DNA of 52,987 nucleotides, counting the filler, from Bipalium vagum (Eukaryota): assembly GCA_037834085.1 (NCBI GenBank). It is 3 parts of 3 records of this genome, joined end to end, with 100 filler letters (N's around TTAATTAATTAA, not from the genome) between each part and the next. Parts side by side here need not be neighbours in the genome. Positions count along the whole stretch, not along the records: positions 1 to 16,339 come from JBBMKC010115496.1; 2 more parts are not named here. The stretch is one strand, 5' to 3'. The notes beneath the pieces are model-generated. The model saw only the letters and a list, made by a program, of their open reading frames with translations. It had not been told where the DNA came from and did no database searches. How positions within the stretch are numbered: position 1 is the first letter of the stretch; each line of letters begins with the position of its first letter. The translations under genes were made by a program, and so were the position numbers. Shown here one piece after another: positions 1 through 13,796 of the stretch.

Positions 1-784
1 GTTATAATTTTAATTTAATTATGACATTCAATTTTTATTGGAATCTCACGAAAGTTTACAAAAAAATGAAAAATACATAATCAATCTTTTTGTACTGTTT
101 TAATATTTTGTTTAAAATAATTAATCAATTATTAATTATTAATCAATATATATTACCATAATTACTTAAATTATTACATTGTGTATTTTAATTGGTTAGA
201 TTTATTACTTCTATCCATCAATATTTTGTTGCATTTTTTTATAAATAAAAATTCATATATATCTTTATATTGCATAAATGAAGTTTAAGTACATTTATAA
301 ATATATTTTAGATTTTTAAAATATTAATTCTAATGCAACTAGCTGGAGAAATGTTAAATAATTGAAAAATAATTATCAATACGCTCATGAATATTAAATG
401 AAAAGCGTACAATAGAATTGAAGATTATAAAAAACAGGCTTTAATTTTGGAAAATAAAAAAATTACAATAAAAATTTATTCAATGTTCATTTACCAATAA
501 TTTAAGCTTTAGAAATAAAATACTTTATTAATTTGTATAGATAGTTTATATATAGTAATATTTTAAATAATGATTTTGGTTCGTTATTTGAAATGATATT
601 TTAAAAATATCAATCGATAGTCACATAAATTAAATCGATTTTTACAGAGGTCTTTAAAAATATTGATTTTATAAAAATAATCGAAAATATCGATTTTATG
701 GAAAATTTTAATACAGGGTAATAATTATTATACTAATAGTATTACATTAAAAAAATGAAATTTTGTTTAGTTTCACTAAACATG

Positions 785-1900
785 CGCGGTGTGGAAAAAA
801 AGCACTTAGACCAATACAGAAATATGATTGATACTGAGAAGAAACTTTTTATTTATTTGATACAACAAATTAAACTATACACATATAGTTAAACTCAGAA
901 CCATTTTTCTAATATAAAATCACTTACTGCATCTAGGCACTTCATTCATAATTTACTAATGAAAACAGACCATTTTAGAAGAAACATGTATCTTTCCATT
1001 GAAAGAATGTTGTGGTAGTTTCTTTTACTCTATTTTCCGACTCTCTCTTTTCAAGTTTAATCAAAAACAAATTATTACCCGGTCCCAAATCAGGATTATA
1101 TGGTGGGTGAAAAACCGACACGCGGCCTTTCCAGCAATTAAATCCAGTAGTTCGGTGAGTTGTGTTAATTGGAGCTTTGTCTAGCGAAAGACAGAGTTCT
1201 TGATTGCTTGGCTTCTGTGGCCCTTTTCTGACAGTACTGAGAAATGCACAGTATTACTGTGATTCACGGAGTAAAGTCAGTCTTGATAATATTTTTTGCA
1301 TCTCAATATACACTATGCATAAGGCATTCTTGATGAGTTATTTTTGAACAAAGCACTTTAGTTTCATTTCCTCTGGAAAAACACATTCACCAGGCGCACG
1401 CTTGGTGTATGGAACATAGAACATCCCATACTCGATTATAATATTCTTCAAAATAAGCTGTTTTAGAGAATAAGACCGGACTCTTTTGGCAGATTTGCAT
1501 TCGCTTTTCTCTGGTATCTGCTGACAAAACCCTGGAACGAGTCGACTACATTATTTTCTGATTCCAATGATCTCCAATATGTTCTGTTCAGCTTTCTTGC
1601 TTAAAGTAATTCTAATATATTGCACAATCCGTCTCTTTTCTTTCATTATAATTTTTAATTTCTCGAATTTCTTCTACGTGACACACAGGATACTTAAATA
1701 ATGACAAAAGCAGTCAACGGTAAACCGTGTTGGCAGATTTTATATAACCCAGCATATTTGTCGCACTTAACTTCAGAAGATAACCATTTCTTCCATTATC
1801 AATGGAATAGTAAATTTGGAATTTCTTTTAAAGATAATGTTGACCAACTAAATTGAATCAAGGACCTCATGAAAATAAAACATGGTCTTTTCAAAGGATT
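785..1900 (-). mobile_element. Degenerate mariner transposase remnant
   Basis: Minus-strand HPPYNPDLGP at about 1081-1110 (mariner YSPDL motif) and an RLVPG..REKRMQICQ (WVPHEL-region-like) segment at about 1490-1545. Many stops and frameshifts; ends approximate. Confidence 0.75.
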
Positions 1901-2115
1901 AAGATGCTGCCTAATATTGATTATGGTGTTATGAACAGTGATGAGATTATATTATTTTTGTTGATATGTTTTTTAACATATGCAATATATCGAACACTTA
2001 AAGTTTGTCCATTTTTTTAAAAACTTCAAAGGTGCTAGTATATTTTAAGCAGAAAAATAAACAAAAATGTAATTAATCTTGAAAATAGAATGAAAACCTT
2101 TTTTGAAGTAATAAA

Positions 2116-2780
2116 TATCAGATGGACCGGAAAAATTCAATTAAGACATTCTTTGAAATATTTATTTTAATATTCCAAATGAAAAGCTAATCAATTATTT
2201 ATTCTTTATTATATATTCACTTTTAACTTGTCAATTCCATTTAAAAAAAAGTTTTATTATCTTTGGATTCGTAGAAACCCATTAATCCATAATAGACATA
2301 ATCAATATTCCACAAACCATATTCCAGAGAGCGGAATAGATAATAATTTGTCGGGGAGCCATGTCAGGTGAATACGGAAGATGCGGTAGAACTTCCAATC
2401 CCAGATGATTGACCTTAATAAATTGCAGCATTTTTAGATTTTCCTGGAATGGAATTCAGCTTCTCTGACAAATCATGTATGGTTTGGTAGACTGAACCAC
2501 TGACGTCAGTAAATCAACATCCAACTGGGTTGGCCTTCCGTCAAAGTCACCAGATTCAAATTTTCTAAACCAAAGTTCGCATTTGTTGGGATTCAAATAT
2601 AATCATATGTTGCAAAAATTTCTCTTGTGGTTTCTGTTACATTTTCCTTTGATGGAACCGAAACATCATACATTGTCACAAATGAGTCTCATTGATTTTC
2701 AAATCTTCATTGTTTATATAAAATTCAAACTTTAAATAAGCATATATTAAATAATTGATTACTTTCCGGTCCACCTGATA
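2116..2780 (-). mobile_element. Internally deleted mariner element (665 bp) with TIRs and TA TSDs
   Basis: TA-tcagatggaccggaaa...tttccggtccacctga-TA inverted termini; minus-strand LGLEVLPHLPYSPDMAP and N-terminal HTH remnants. Confidence 0.9.
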
Positions 2781-3235
2781 ATATAAAAAGCAATTCCTAT
2801 TCAATTTTAATTTATATAAAAAGTTTACAGTGTAAATTAATGAATTTTTAACATAAATTAACGATTTTCACTGAAGTTACTGTATTTTCATTTATATCCA
2901 GTTTAAGGCTAATTATTTCTGGTCCCTTTCCAAAAATAATAATAAATAAATCCCTTTCCAATTTGAAATTTCCTTATTATTGTTTAACAAGTATCTAATG
3001 ACAAGTAACTGCACTCATTTCCTGATTTGAGTTCTTTGGTATCGAGTATCTTTTTCTAAAAATGTAATGATTCACCATAATAGTGTCCAATTTTCGTTGA
3101 ATTGCAATCTGTTTTCTTGTTACGGAAAACATTTAAAATTATTAAAATATAGAAAATTTACATAACATACTGAATTAGATATTAAAACAAGTATATTATC
3201 CGGGTATCTTAATTAGAAAAATATTTTTAAAATAT

Positions 3236-3680
3236 ATATTGACTTGTTCGGAGAGTAATTCTTGATAAAAATCAAAGTCAAATTATTTTGTGGTAAACAT
3301 ATATTTTAATCAATTACAATATTGACCGTTTTGGTCCAACATCCTCGTAGAAATCATAGAAGGTTACATCTTTACTCGCAAAAACTGATTCAAGTGATTT
3401 TTGACCTCCTCACTGGAACTCGAACTTTTACAATTTAACAATATTGTAAGGACCAAAAGAGATTATAATCAGATACCAGATCTGGTGAATATGGTGGATG
3501 GGGCAACATATCTCACCAAAACTGTAACAACTTCTGACGAGTGTACAAACTTGTGAGATCGGGCATTATCCTGCTGGAATACGATACATTTCTGTTAATG
3601 GATTCTGGTCTTCTTTGCTTCATGATTTCATTCAATTCGTCCAGTTGATTCCAGCAGTACACCATGGAATCTACTGCGAT
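3236..3680 (-). mobile_element. Mariner 3' fragment
   Basis: Minus-strand LPHPPYSPDLVSDYNL around 3460-3508, with an upstream QQDNAR motif. Confidence 0.8.
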
Positions 3681-5267
3681 TTATTAAAAAACAAACAATC
3701 TATTTAGAGTACCTGGGGTATATTAATATGAAATCTTTATTATTGAAGTACCTGAGATACTCTTTTGTGGAATAATGTATTAAGATCTTAGCGGCACTGG
3801 TCTCAAATTGTTTCTTATTTTTGTTCATTTTATTAAAAATTGATCATTTTAAACAATCGATAATTTAAATTAAAAATTCGTTAATTTACATTGTAAACCC
3901 TGTGAATAGAAAAATGTTTCTTTTTCTTCAAACGGATCTAAATAATCATTGAAATTTTCCACTGTAGAAATATTTTATAAACATTAATTACGAAAAATGA
4001 AAATTATAATAATGATCTCATGTTTAAATTGATTAAGTTTGGTTATTTTCATGTTATCTGACAAGAAAATATGAAAAAAATCATTATCATGTTCCCACTG
4101 TAATTGTAAAAATTGATATTTCAAATATACTTTCTCTAACATTTTCTCCTATCTTGTTATACATACTTTGTTTTTAATTAAGTTTCGTAGAAAAATGTTA
4201 TATTTTTAATTATTATATAATTATAAATTATGGTTTCAAAAATTATTTTCAACTTTCAATGAACTACTGCGCTCTGAAATGATACGGATCTCTCAGCGAG
4301 AACTGTTGCCTTTACTATCATCAGATAATATTTATAATAAAAATTATAATTAATAAATGATAATCATTATCTTTGAGCAGATTTATCTGCATTAATAAAT
4401 TATTTTTCTCAAATTATTTTTTATAATTTTTCAATTGTGAAAAATGGATTTTTAATAATTTAAAAATTAATTATCATTTGTTTTTTAAAATTTATAAAAA
4501 GGGACTTACAATCCGAGAAAATATATGATGGGTGTCTAAGTGGTCCGTGTTAAAACCACAGAAGTTCATTTGAGTCGGTATCCTTAAATTAACTGAAAGT
4601 CGAGATAAATGATTGTGTTTTTATGTATATTTTGAATTATCGCGGCTTTGTTATCAACACAACTCTGCATTATTTTTTGGTGTACCACTATTATATTTAG
4701 TTTTATAAAATTTTTTTTATTAATTAGTGGATGTATTTTCCAAAAAAATAATTGCCAAACAAAATCATGAGATCATCATTATCGAATATTAAGCACTGTA
4801 TGTGATTTGAAAGCTACAGGAAAATGTTATGATCTGAAAGAGTGAGGTTCATATAGCATGCTGTATAAGTGCTCTTGGATTGTCATCAGTGTGAATATTA
4901 GGGTAAGGTGCTATCAATCATCAAAATCACTTTTATTGAATAATCTGGACCAAGTGTGTAGTGGATGAACAAAGAGATATTCTGATGTCCAAGTATTGTT
5001 TCATAGTTGCTTGATTGCTCTTGCTTATACATCCCTGAGAAGTGAAATACACCACTATCAATATTATGCAGAAGTATTATTTTACATCCTTCAATACTTT
5101 GTGATTTACAGATAAGTCGGCTGTAAGTAATATTTTTGATTTTTGCCTGAGGCATTCACATTCCTTTCCTTTGATTCTTACCAATTAACGTTATATGGAG
5201 ACAAAGTCTTCTAGCTTCAATTCTATTAGATTGTCTATTATGAATTTTCCAATCAAATAAATTTTAT

Positions 5268-5475
5268 TAATTAAAAGATTTTTCATTGATGTTCAAGCAC
5301 TCTTTCCAAGTCAATAATAGATTAGTAATTCTTTTATACTAAAACGCCCGACTTCTGGAATCGGAAAACTGAGCTGTGTCGTTTTCAATGGTATTTTGGT
5401 TGTGAAACATTTTATCAGCAAGAAATGCATCTATATGGCTGAATAGATGATAATCTGTCGTTGAAAGATGAAGTG
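5268..5475 (-). mobile_element. Mariner transposase C-terminal fragment
   Basis: Minus-strand LSTTDYHLFSHIDAFLADKMFHNQNTIEN...WKECLNINEKSFN*, typical of a mariner C-terminus. Confidence 0.7.
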
Positions 5476-5529
5476 ATACAAACATGCAATTTCGTAATAA
5501 TTTTGAACCTTGATAAGCTTTAGCAATTA

Positions 5530-6673
5530 TATAGGGTGTTTCTCTAAGAACTACCGAATGTTATTGAAGAAAACATATTTAAGTTTTTAAAAGATCAAAA
5601 GCTCTAATTTAATATAAAAGCAACTCATTACATTAACATGTGAAAGATAATATCATTCAAATGACTGCCAGGACTTTTTTCGAAAGATCTTATTTTTTCT
5701 TCAAATTCTTGATCGTTTTCATGCATGAGTTCCTGTTCAACACGAACAACAATTCGAAAGCTTAGGGATAATTTTGGCGCGCACAACCGCCCCATAGAAA
5801 AGACAATCCGTAGCATTATTCAAAAATTCGAAGACACTGGATCCATGTTAGATAAGCATAAATCCTTGAGTCTGAAAACGGCTCGTTCGGATGATAATGC
5901 TGCAATGATTAAAGGAAATACAAAGCATTACTACAAGTTATCAACGTGACGCTGTTCAAAAAAGTTGGATCTTTTTACTACATCACTGTGGCAAATTTTA
6001 AAGGAAACTGAAACCTTACAAAATTCAGTTGATTCACATTTTAAAACCTACAGGCCATGGAGAACATTGTGTGTTACTCGATTGGGTCTTTAAAAAAAGA
6101 AGCGGCCGATCCAAATTTCTGCTAGAAAAGCATTTCCACTGATGAGGCCAATTTTCATCTCAACGATATCGCAAAATGCTATCAACTTTTCTCTGGTCTC
6201 AATTGGAGAACATAAATTTAAATAACTTATGGTTCCAATAAGACATGCCAAATAGCCAAAACAACAATATCTTTATTGCAAACAAAGTTTGCAGGTCGAA
6301 TTATCTCCAAGTACGGTGATATCAACTTGCCACCAAGATCATGCCATTTGACACTGTTGGATTATTTTCTTAGGGGCTATGTTAAAAGTAAAGTGAACTG
6401 AAGCAAACCACAAAGCATTAAACAGTTGAAAGTTAATACTCAAGAAGTGAAGAGCACAATTGGACCAAATTTATGTGTGAAAAAAATCGAGAATTTTGAG
6501 GAAAGAATAAGATCTGGTGAAAAAGCCTCGGCAGTCATTTGAACGATATTATCTTTCACATGTAATTATAATGAGTTGCTTTTTATATTAAAATAAAGCT
6601 TTTGGTGTTTTTTTAAATTAAAAAGATTTCTTCAACAATAACGTTCTGTAGCTCTTTGGTGAAACACCCTTTA
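5530..6673 (+). mobile_element. rosa/DD41D-like Tc1-mariner element with long (about 200 bp) TIRs, decayed
   Basis: TA-tagggtgtttc...gaaacaccctt-TA ends; about 5533-5727 is the imperfect reverse complement of about 6474-6670. Motifs IRSIIQKFEDTGS, FTDEANFHLN, LPPRSCHLTLLDYFLRGYVKSKV and C-terminal GSHLNDIIFHM*. Confidence 0.88.
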
Positions 6674-8149
6674 TAAATAATTATATATCACCGTGTGGAA
6701 AGTATTATTTCTCCTCTTGGTACTGCAAAGACGTTTTAAAGACACATGTTTGGTTTTGGAATAGTGATCATTTATTCCGTTCAATTTATTAATAGATCGA
6801 AATTGTACACAACATTGATCGGATCCTCCATTATAAAAATATATTTCTGCTTTTCTGGATTTCAATTTAATTAAAAAAATCCAATTATATTTTATTAAAA
6901 AAAATAAAAGAAGTGTTTAATTATAGATTTTTTTTCTCTAAAAAGATTAGTATAATTAAAATTTAAAAATTTTTTCCTTTTTCTTTTTTTGCTCATCATT
7001 TTAATATTGAATGAAAATGTAATTAAAATTTTATTCTTTATTTTCCAGAAGAAAAATAATCTAAATTATAATTTTATTAGACAAAATAACCAATTTTGTC
7101 TGTGATCGATTTTTATTTATATTTTTTTTGGTGAAAGTTAATTAAAATTCGCTGAATAAATTTTTTAAATTCTACTACCAACTTCGTGGGTTAACAACTT
7201 TTGATACCCTTTCAGTTTCATTTCTACGGTACAAAAAGCCATTTTCAAAAATATTCAATCAATAATTTTGAAAAATTTAATAAAACCATCGATGTGTGAC
7301 CCCTAATTTCTCGGATGTAAAATAACATAATAATAATAATAATAAATTACATATAATTTAGTAAATTATACATCCTCTCAACGAGAATTAAGGAATTATT
7401 ATTGCGATAGGAGAAAATAATTCCAACTCTGTACGGTTTCAAGTTGATTAATAATTGTAATGTTTCCACGTCCAGAAAAGCGTTGCTGTGAAAAAGACGG
7501 GAAATAAACAAGACAAAAATTCTTCATAATTATTTTTTGTATGAAGAAAACTGTAAGTAATAATCTCTTAGTGTGATCAAACGTTTCTACGAATGTTCCA
7601 AATGAATATTTTAAGAAAAAACATTAATTAATATAATTATTATTGTACTATATATTAAATTTATGTAATTATATTTTATATTATATATAAGTTTTAATAA
7701 GTGATTTAATATTATTTTTTGTAAATAACAATTTGTTTAACTACACTGTTTAAATATTGAATAACAAAATTTGAAATCTCTTTTTCTGTTCTACTAACCT
7801 CAGTAATATTTTTGTCTACCAATGGAAATCTTTGAAATATTATAGATTTTAGAAATACAGTGCAAACTCCAAAAAATTAACATTTCAACCATTTACATTT
7901 ATTGTCTGTTAATTGAGGTCCTAAAGATGTTCCAAGAGATACCTTTTTAACAATCTCGAACAGTTGACAACAGATTGCTTGGGACTTTGTGTTCTGTTCG
8001 ATGCAACAGAAATTTTCTAACAAGATTTGATGATGTAACATTTAAAGGATGTAACATTTCTTTCCAATTAAAAACTTTCAAAAAATAATAATATTACAAG
8101 ATTACGAAGAAAACTAATTCATTAATCAAAGAAATATATAAGATACTGT

Positions 8150-8608
8150 ATATTATACATAATGAGGTATGTTCAAACCGATACTTCTGTGAACGATAAA
8201 ACAAGTGCTTTGGAGATATAGTAGAAACATGCTTGACAAAGTTAGATTTAGACTTAATCAATTTAACCTTCTTTAATAAATCTGTCTAAATTCTTCATCA
8301 TATTTATGGGTCGTTGTAAATGATAGATTGTCATTGTTCAATGTTTTTACCATGTCTTGGTGGATTTAAGTAGTTGAATATTTTTTTACTAAATATTTGA
8401 TCACTGCTGAGATTTCAAATTTGTCCATTTCTTAAAACAGTCGAAACTAGTTAAATTAAATTCATATAGAAAAACAGAAACTTTACCAATTGATTCGATA
8501 TTTAAAATTAATTAATATCAATAATGTAGTTTTACGATAAATATAATGCTTTGGTTATACAAATTTTCTTCGTGTTTCATTTCTCGAACTTTTCATAACA
8601 CCAGAGTA
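8150..8608 (-). mobile_element. Mariner 5' fragment
   Basis: Minus-strand MDKFEISAVIKYL start near 8427; mariner-type terminus tactctggtgttatgaaaagttcgaga near 8608. Confidence 0.6.
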
Positions 8609-8685
8609 TATGAAATGACCTATTACACAATATAAAATGAAAGAATAAAATCCAATAAACTTAAGCGGATCACTTGAGAATTGAA

Positions 8686-8885
8686 ATCCGTTGTAAACGA
8701 TGGAAAACGAAATAGAACATTGTTTTGGAACTGATAAACCGTCGTTGTAAGCAATACTTAGTTGTTGAAGTCCGGTATAAGCGAATCTTTTATTTACCTA
8801 ATTAAAAAGAGAACTGGTCCATTAGATTATCGACTATAACCAGATATCCGTTATAATCGATTCGTTTTAACCAGAGTCGACCGTA
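8686..8885. mobile_element. pogo/Tigger-like MITE end with subterminal repeats
   Basis: About six degenerate copies of a YCGTTATAA-N-CGA-like motif ending in gagtcgaccg-TA. Confidence 0.55.
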
Positions 8886-10039
8886 CTCTCCAGACCTGGT
8901 TAGACCTGATTATTATCTTTTCCTTTTCCTTTCTGAAATTCCGGTGTCATCATATATGTAGTTTTGTTGATACAAAAAATCAGATCCTAAACAGAGAGAA
9001 AATACATTATTGATTAACATGTTATTATAGTGAAAAATGTTCAAAATAAATAAATCTTTAAAAATCAGAAAAGTGTTTCAATCATTATTGGAAATTAAAG
9101 AACATAATTAATTATCATTGATTTTCTTCGAAAATATTCTTCATTTCATAAAGAACATTATATATAATTTATATTCAATATTGATATTTCTTGAAAATGA
9201 AAGTGAAATAAATTTTCTGTGATATATAAATTATAAAAGTGAAATAATTTTGCTTTTTGATGTTTTAATATATCTTAAGTTTCGTATTTCAATGGGCCTA
9301 AATATTAATGCATACAATATAGGGATTTCTTTTATGTTCGTTGTCATGATTACTCGTATTTTCCCTTTTGGACAAATCCTTGCAGACTGTATTCTTTCCT
9401 AAAAATAAAATCACTGCGAAATATTTATTTATTTATATATATAAATAAATAAAATAAAATAATAGCTAATAGGCGAATGTTGAGTATAAAATAACAGATA
9501 TTATAACAGATGTAAGAGATGTCTAAGCTACGGGCTGCCAACAGACCGAGGATGTCTAAAATCGGTTTCAGCTCTGATTATTTTCGTGATTATTGCTGTG
9601 AATATGAAACCATTGTTAAAATTAAAGTCGTTATGTCGTGATATTTTTATTAGGTGCTTCTCGAAGACTTTGTAAAATATAGAATTTTCTTTTTCTTTCT
9701 TCTTGAGAAGAAAACAAGAAATTTATCGAATATCGCTCCTAATTTTTAATTATTAATTTATTTTTTTTATTGACTTTAAGACTTAATAATAATAATAATA
9801 ATGATAATAATAAATATTATTTAAACAAATATGTAAAAAATGAAATTGTGCTTTAAAGATGTAAATGTGCAAAAATATGAATGCAGAACATGCAGAAAAA
9901 TGCATTACGTAAAATGAGTTATTTTTGGTTGCCCTACTTATTAAACATTATTAAGAAAATTGATTTTTTGTTTAAATAATTCTATTAATAATAAATAATA
10001 ATTATTTTAATTCTAATAATAATGTTGAAATTCATATCT

Positions 10040-10342
10040 GTTATTGTCAATATTTCTGCTTAATTCTCTCGTAACCGAAACCAATCCCAAAAATATTTTT
10101 GAAAGGTGTGAATTGAACGATTTCATATGTCATGATTGGTTTAGAAACTTTCAAAAAAATGATTTTGATCTCGATAAGCGAATAAAGATCGATAAGACTC
10201 ATTGTTTCACCAATATCTATTAGAGGAGGATAGAATGGATGAGAGCACAAATAAAAACCATTTCAGTCATGTTGGAGAAATAGGTTTAGTGGAAGATGAG
10301 ACTAAAAAAGGAAAATGAACTTACTTTCAGAACCAATTGAGC
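10040..10342 (+). mobile_element. Short decayed mariner derivative, possibly same family as 2116-2780
   Basis: CHDWFRNFQKNDFDLDK HTH-region motif; 3' ttactttcagaaccaattga resembles the TIR at 2759-2780. Confidence 0.5.
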
Positions 10343-10389
10343 CAACCCAGTCATGGGCAAGCACTGGGCAAGCACTGAGCAGGCATACA

Positions 10390-11050
10390 CATTATCTTTT
10401 GACAAATCCCTGTATATATTAAATATAAATGATGTAATCAAGAAAGCACATTGGATTTTTTTAAGACGAATTCTTTTTCAGTGAATACGATTGATTTATA
10501 AGTTTTAGCTTATATAACTTAACAAAATAAGAGATGTCACGGTTGAAATAAATGGTAAAGTATTTGTAAACAGAAAGTATTTGAATTTGGTAATCTTTTC
10601 CGATTAAGAAACGGATTCGCCGAAAAACCATTTTTGACACATTCTTTTTTTAAGAAAGGTAAAAGTGTTCAATTTATCACCAGTAAGATTTATGAACTCT
10701 ACGAACAAGGTACTATGTCCACAGAAACAATTCAAAAATGGTTTATGAAATTCAATAAAGATATTATGACTCAACTGCTATATTTACCTACACACCCCCC
10801 TTATGATCACCATATATTATTATATCCCTCCTAATTGTATTAACCGATGGGAATTTTAATTCTCACTTGAATGACTTCTCCAGTAAGCCAATGGATTTCT
10901 ATCAGATTTCTATTTTCAAATATCGGACCAATGGCGAAGAGTAATTGAACAGAATGGAAAATATTTTGTTAAATAAGACTGTTAAAAATTGTTTGGTTTT
11001 TCTTAGATTTGCTTGGTCAAAATATACAGGACTTTCCAAATGACTTAATA
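10390..11050 (+). mobile_element. Internally deleted mariner
   Basis: NHF*HIL, KKGKSVQFITSKIYELYEQGTMSTETIQKWFMKF, THPPY and C-terminal QWRRVIEQNGKYFVK*; degenerate TIRs sharing cctgtatat/atatacagg. Confidence 0.75.
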
Positions 11051-12065
11051 TTTTGAAAACTGTATTGTCTTTTTCTTACTGGATAATTTCTATCAAAATT
11101 TAGAGGAAAATGTTTTCTTTTGTTGAGATTTTAATGTAACTATTTTAACACTATTTAAGGATAGCAGTAAAAAGATTGAGGATATAAGAAATGTGAAACA
11201 AAGTTGTACTCAATTATTTTTCTGTATCAGTTTTAATTGGAACACAAGCCAAGATATTCAACAAGATATATTGAATGTTACTCGAAATTAGTTTGGAGAA
11301 ACGTATTTCGTCAGTATCCTGATTTCTAAGACATTCTACAATTTTATAACTATTTTTATAATTATTTTTTTAAAATTATTTTATTTTATAAGTATTTAAT
11401 TTATATATTTGCTTGATTTACCAATGTCAAGTTCAACAGTACACGATATTGTCTGGCTTATTTATTTCCTTGAATTTTAAGTAATACAGATTAAAACAAC
11501 GATGTATTTCAACACGATGTAAATAAAAGGTTGTCCCATAATAAATGACATATTTTGTAGTCAAAATTTCTATATCTGTACTCACTAGATGCGAACGATA
11601 AATGAGATATAACAATATATCATTTTAAAAGGTTATTTTCTGCTCTATCTATCTGTATAGTGATTATTTATTATACATATCAAATGTATTATCAAATATT
11701 GGTTGTTATTTATCAATATAACCTCAATTATATCAATTATATCTTCAATCAATCTAACTGTAAAAGTAGGTGAATGAAATTTTCATATTAATATTATTAT
11801 TAAATGATATGGTAAAACAAGAACTTTAAATAACTAAAATCATGAATAACTTTTGACTCAATGTGATATTTTAGATAATTGATGGAAAAGTTATTATTAT
11901 CCAAACAAATCTTTTTATTTATTTTGCAAAATCTTATAGAAAAAAATATTCTTTGTGGAATTCTTTTAAAAAAAGATTATTTTATTTTATATTTTTTTTG
12001 AAAATATTCATTTGATAATAATGCGACATAAGTAATTATTATTGAAAATAATATAACAATTTCAG

Positions 12066-12194
12066 AGGAACGAAAATTATTTGTGGGGATGCTAAATAAA
12101 AATCAGACTGAAGAAGATGTCAGAAGACTCTTCAAATCATTTGGAGAGATTGAAGAATTGACTGTATTGCGGGATCAAAATGGAAATAGCAAAG
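12066..12194 (+). CDS. CELF3-6/Bruno-like RNA-binding protein, internal exon (first part of RRM2)
   Basis: tttcag acceptor; translates (E)[42 protein letters not shown](G), matching CELF RRM2 including RNP2. Ends at AAAG|gcaagc (GC donor), phase 1. Confidence 0.95.
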
Positions 12195-13796
12195 GCAAGC
12201 ACTGGTTTTATGCGCCATAATTCTTATTTTTTTGTTTTACTAATTGGAAAATAAAAATAATCTAAAATACTTTCACCAGTCGACATATTAACGGAAAAAA
12301 AGAATTGAAATACTTATTCTATTCATTCTATTTCTATCGCCTTACATTCCCGTGGAATTCGTTGTTCTTACAATAATAGAATTCCATTTCGTTCCTCAAA
12401 TGTGACAATTAATGAAAAATTCAGTGATAAAAATACATCATTTTACGTTTTTTGACAGTTTGACAATTGATAAATTATAAATTACGATGCTCTGATTTTT
12501 AATTCATTTAATTTTTAATAGAAATTTTTTAAAAAAAAATTATAATTTATTTTTTGTTTTTTTTTCAATGTAATTTTTGAACAAATTAATTATTTAAGTG
12601 AAAAATCAATGTTTTATTTCATGGCAGAAATTTTGACCAATTTTTTTTAAAATGATTAATTAATTATTTTTTAATTTAACCATTTCTATTGCACACACAT
12701 ACACACACATGTGAACCATGTTAATTTGAAAATAGATAAAATAATAAAATCTGATTTGTTTTAATGAGCTGTGCAAATTACTTAATTAAAAAATTATTAA
12801 TCAATTTAATCAGTTTACAATGTAATTAATTATTTATACAGATTTTTTTTCGTTTTCAAATTGTCATTTTTTGCTCAAGTTTATTAATTAAACCATTTTT
12901 CTCCGTAATTGGGATTCGGAATTGTTAGTTCAGAGGAAAATTACGTGAAAGTAATTAAAATCTTAATTAAAAATGTAAAGAATAATTAAAGAAAATTTAA
13001 TTAATAACATGATAATAATTGATATTTTAAAATAATAAATAAAGTATCCGTCACGAGCTTCCTAATACAATTTCTGTCCATAAGATATCGGCAGGGGGTT
13101 TTGTGTACTTATCAATTTTATACAATTTCCTTGCCGACTTTCTGTCAGAAAATAAATGAAGACGAGTCTAAGTAGACATTTGTTCACAAATAATTATCGA
13201 AGACTTTCATTTAATAAAGAAGAATAAAAGAAATGGAACGGTCTTGGGAAGTCTTAGCATCCTTTCTTTATGAAAAATCATTGAGACTTGATACTTAATA
13301 ATATTTTTTTCGTATTCTCCTTCAAAATATATTTAAAAGTGACACCGTTATCCCCAAATGTCTTCCCATCCTTAAGCTAGACAATGAAGAGTCCCACCAA
13401 AGATGTATGTAAGGTATGGAACTATATAGAGCGGAAGGTCCTTAAACCAGTATCGAGAATTAGAAACGCAAGAAATTTCTTGTTTGTTTTTCTCAATTCC
13501 TCGGCCTTCTTTACTGAAATGGAATAGAACTTGGTCTTCCGTCGAACATAGGAATAGAAAAATCAATAAGAATATTTTTTATGGTTTTAAATGAAACGTA
13601 TTTATGATATTTTGTAGAAAGGTAATGAAATCATTTTCACTGAAATGACTTCCCGTTTCTTTTGTCTTTGTACGTTATGGAATAATGTAGTGAAACAAAA
13701 TAATGTTACTTAATTGTTTTTGTATTAGGTTCACCTTTTATTAATAGTCAAACGGATCATCAATAGGAATAACCAATTATTGAGAATGAAATACTA

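Noticed and set aside
4780-5230. ORF 4898-5155 as a gene
   Set aside because: No recognisable domain; an adjacent SDHNIF-like segment suggests a very old mariner.
7541-7558. ATGAAGAAAACT|gtaagt as a first coding exon of the CELF gene
   Set aside because: A phase-0 donor does not fit the phase-1 acceptor at 12066, and the phase-1 reading creates TAG. It could still be a UTR exon but there is no support.
13050-13600. ORF 13372-13566 and nearby GC-richer block
   Set aside because: Only a faint RMLRLPKT LINE-like motif; too decayed to call.
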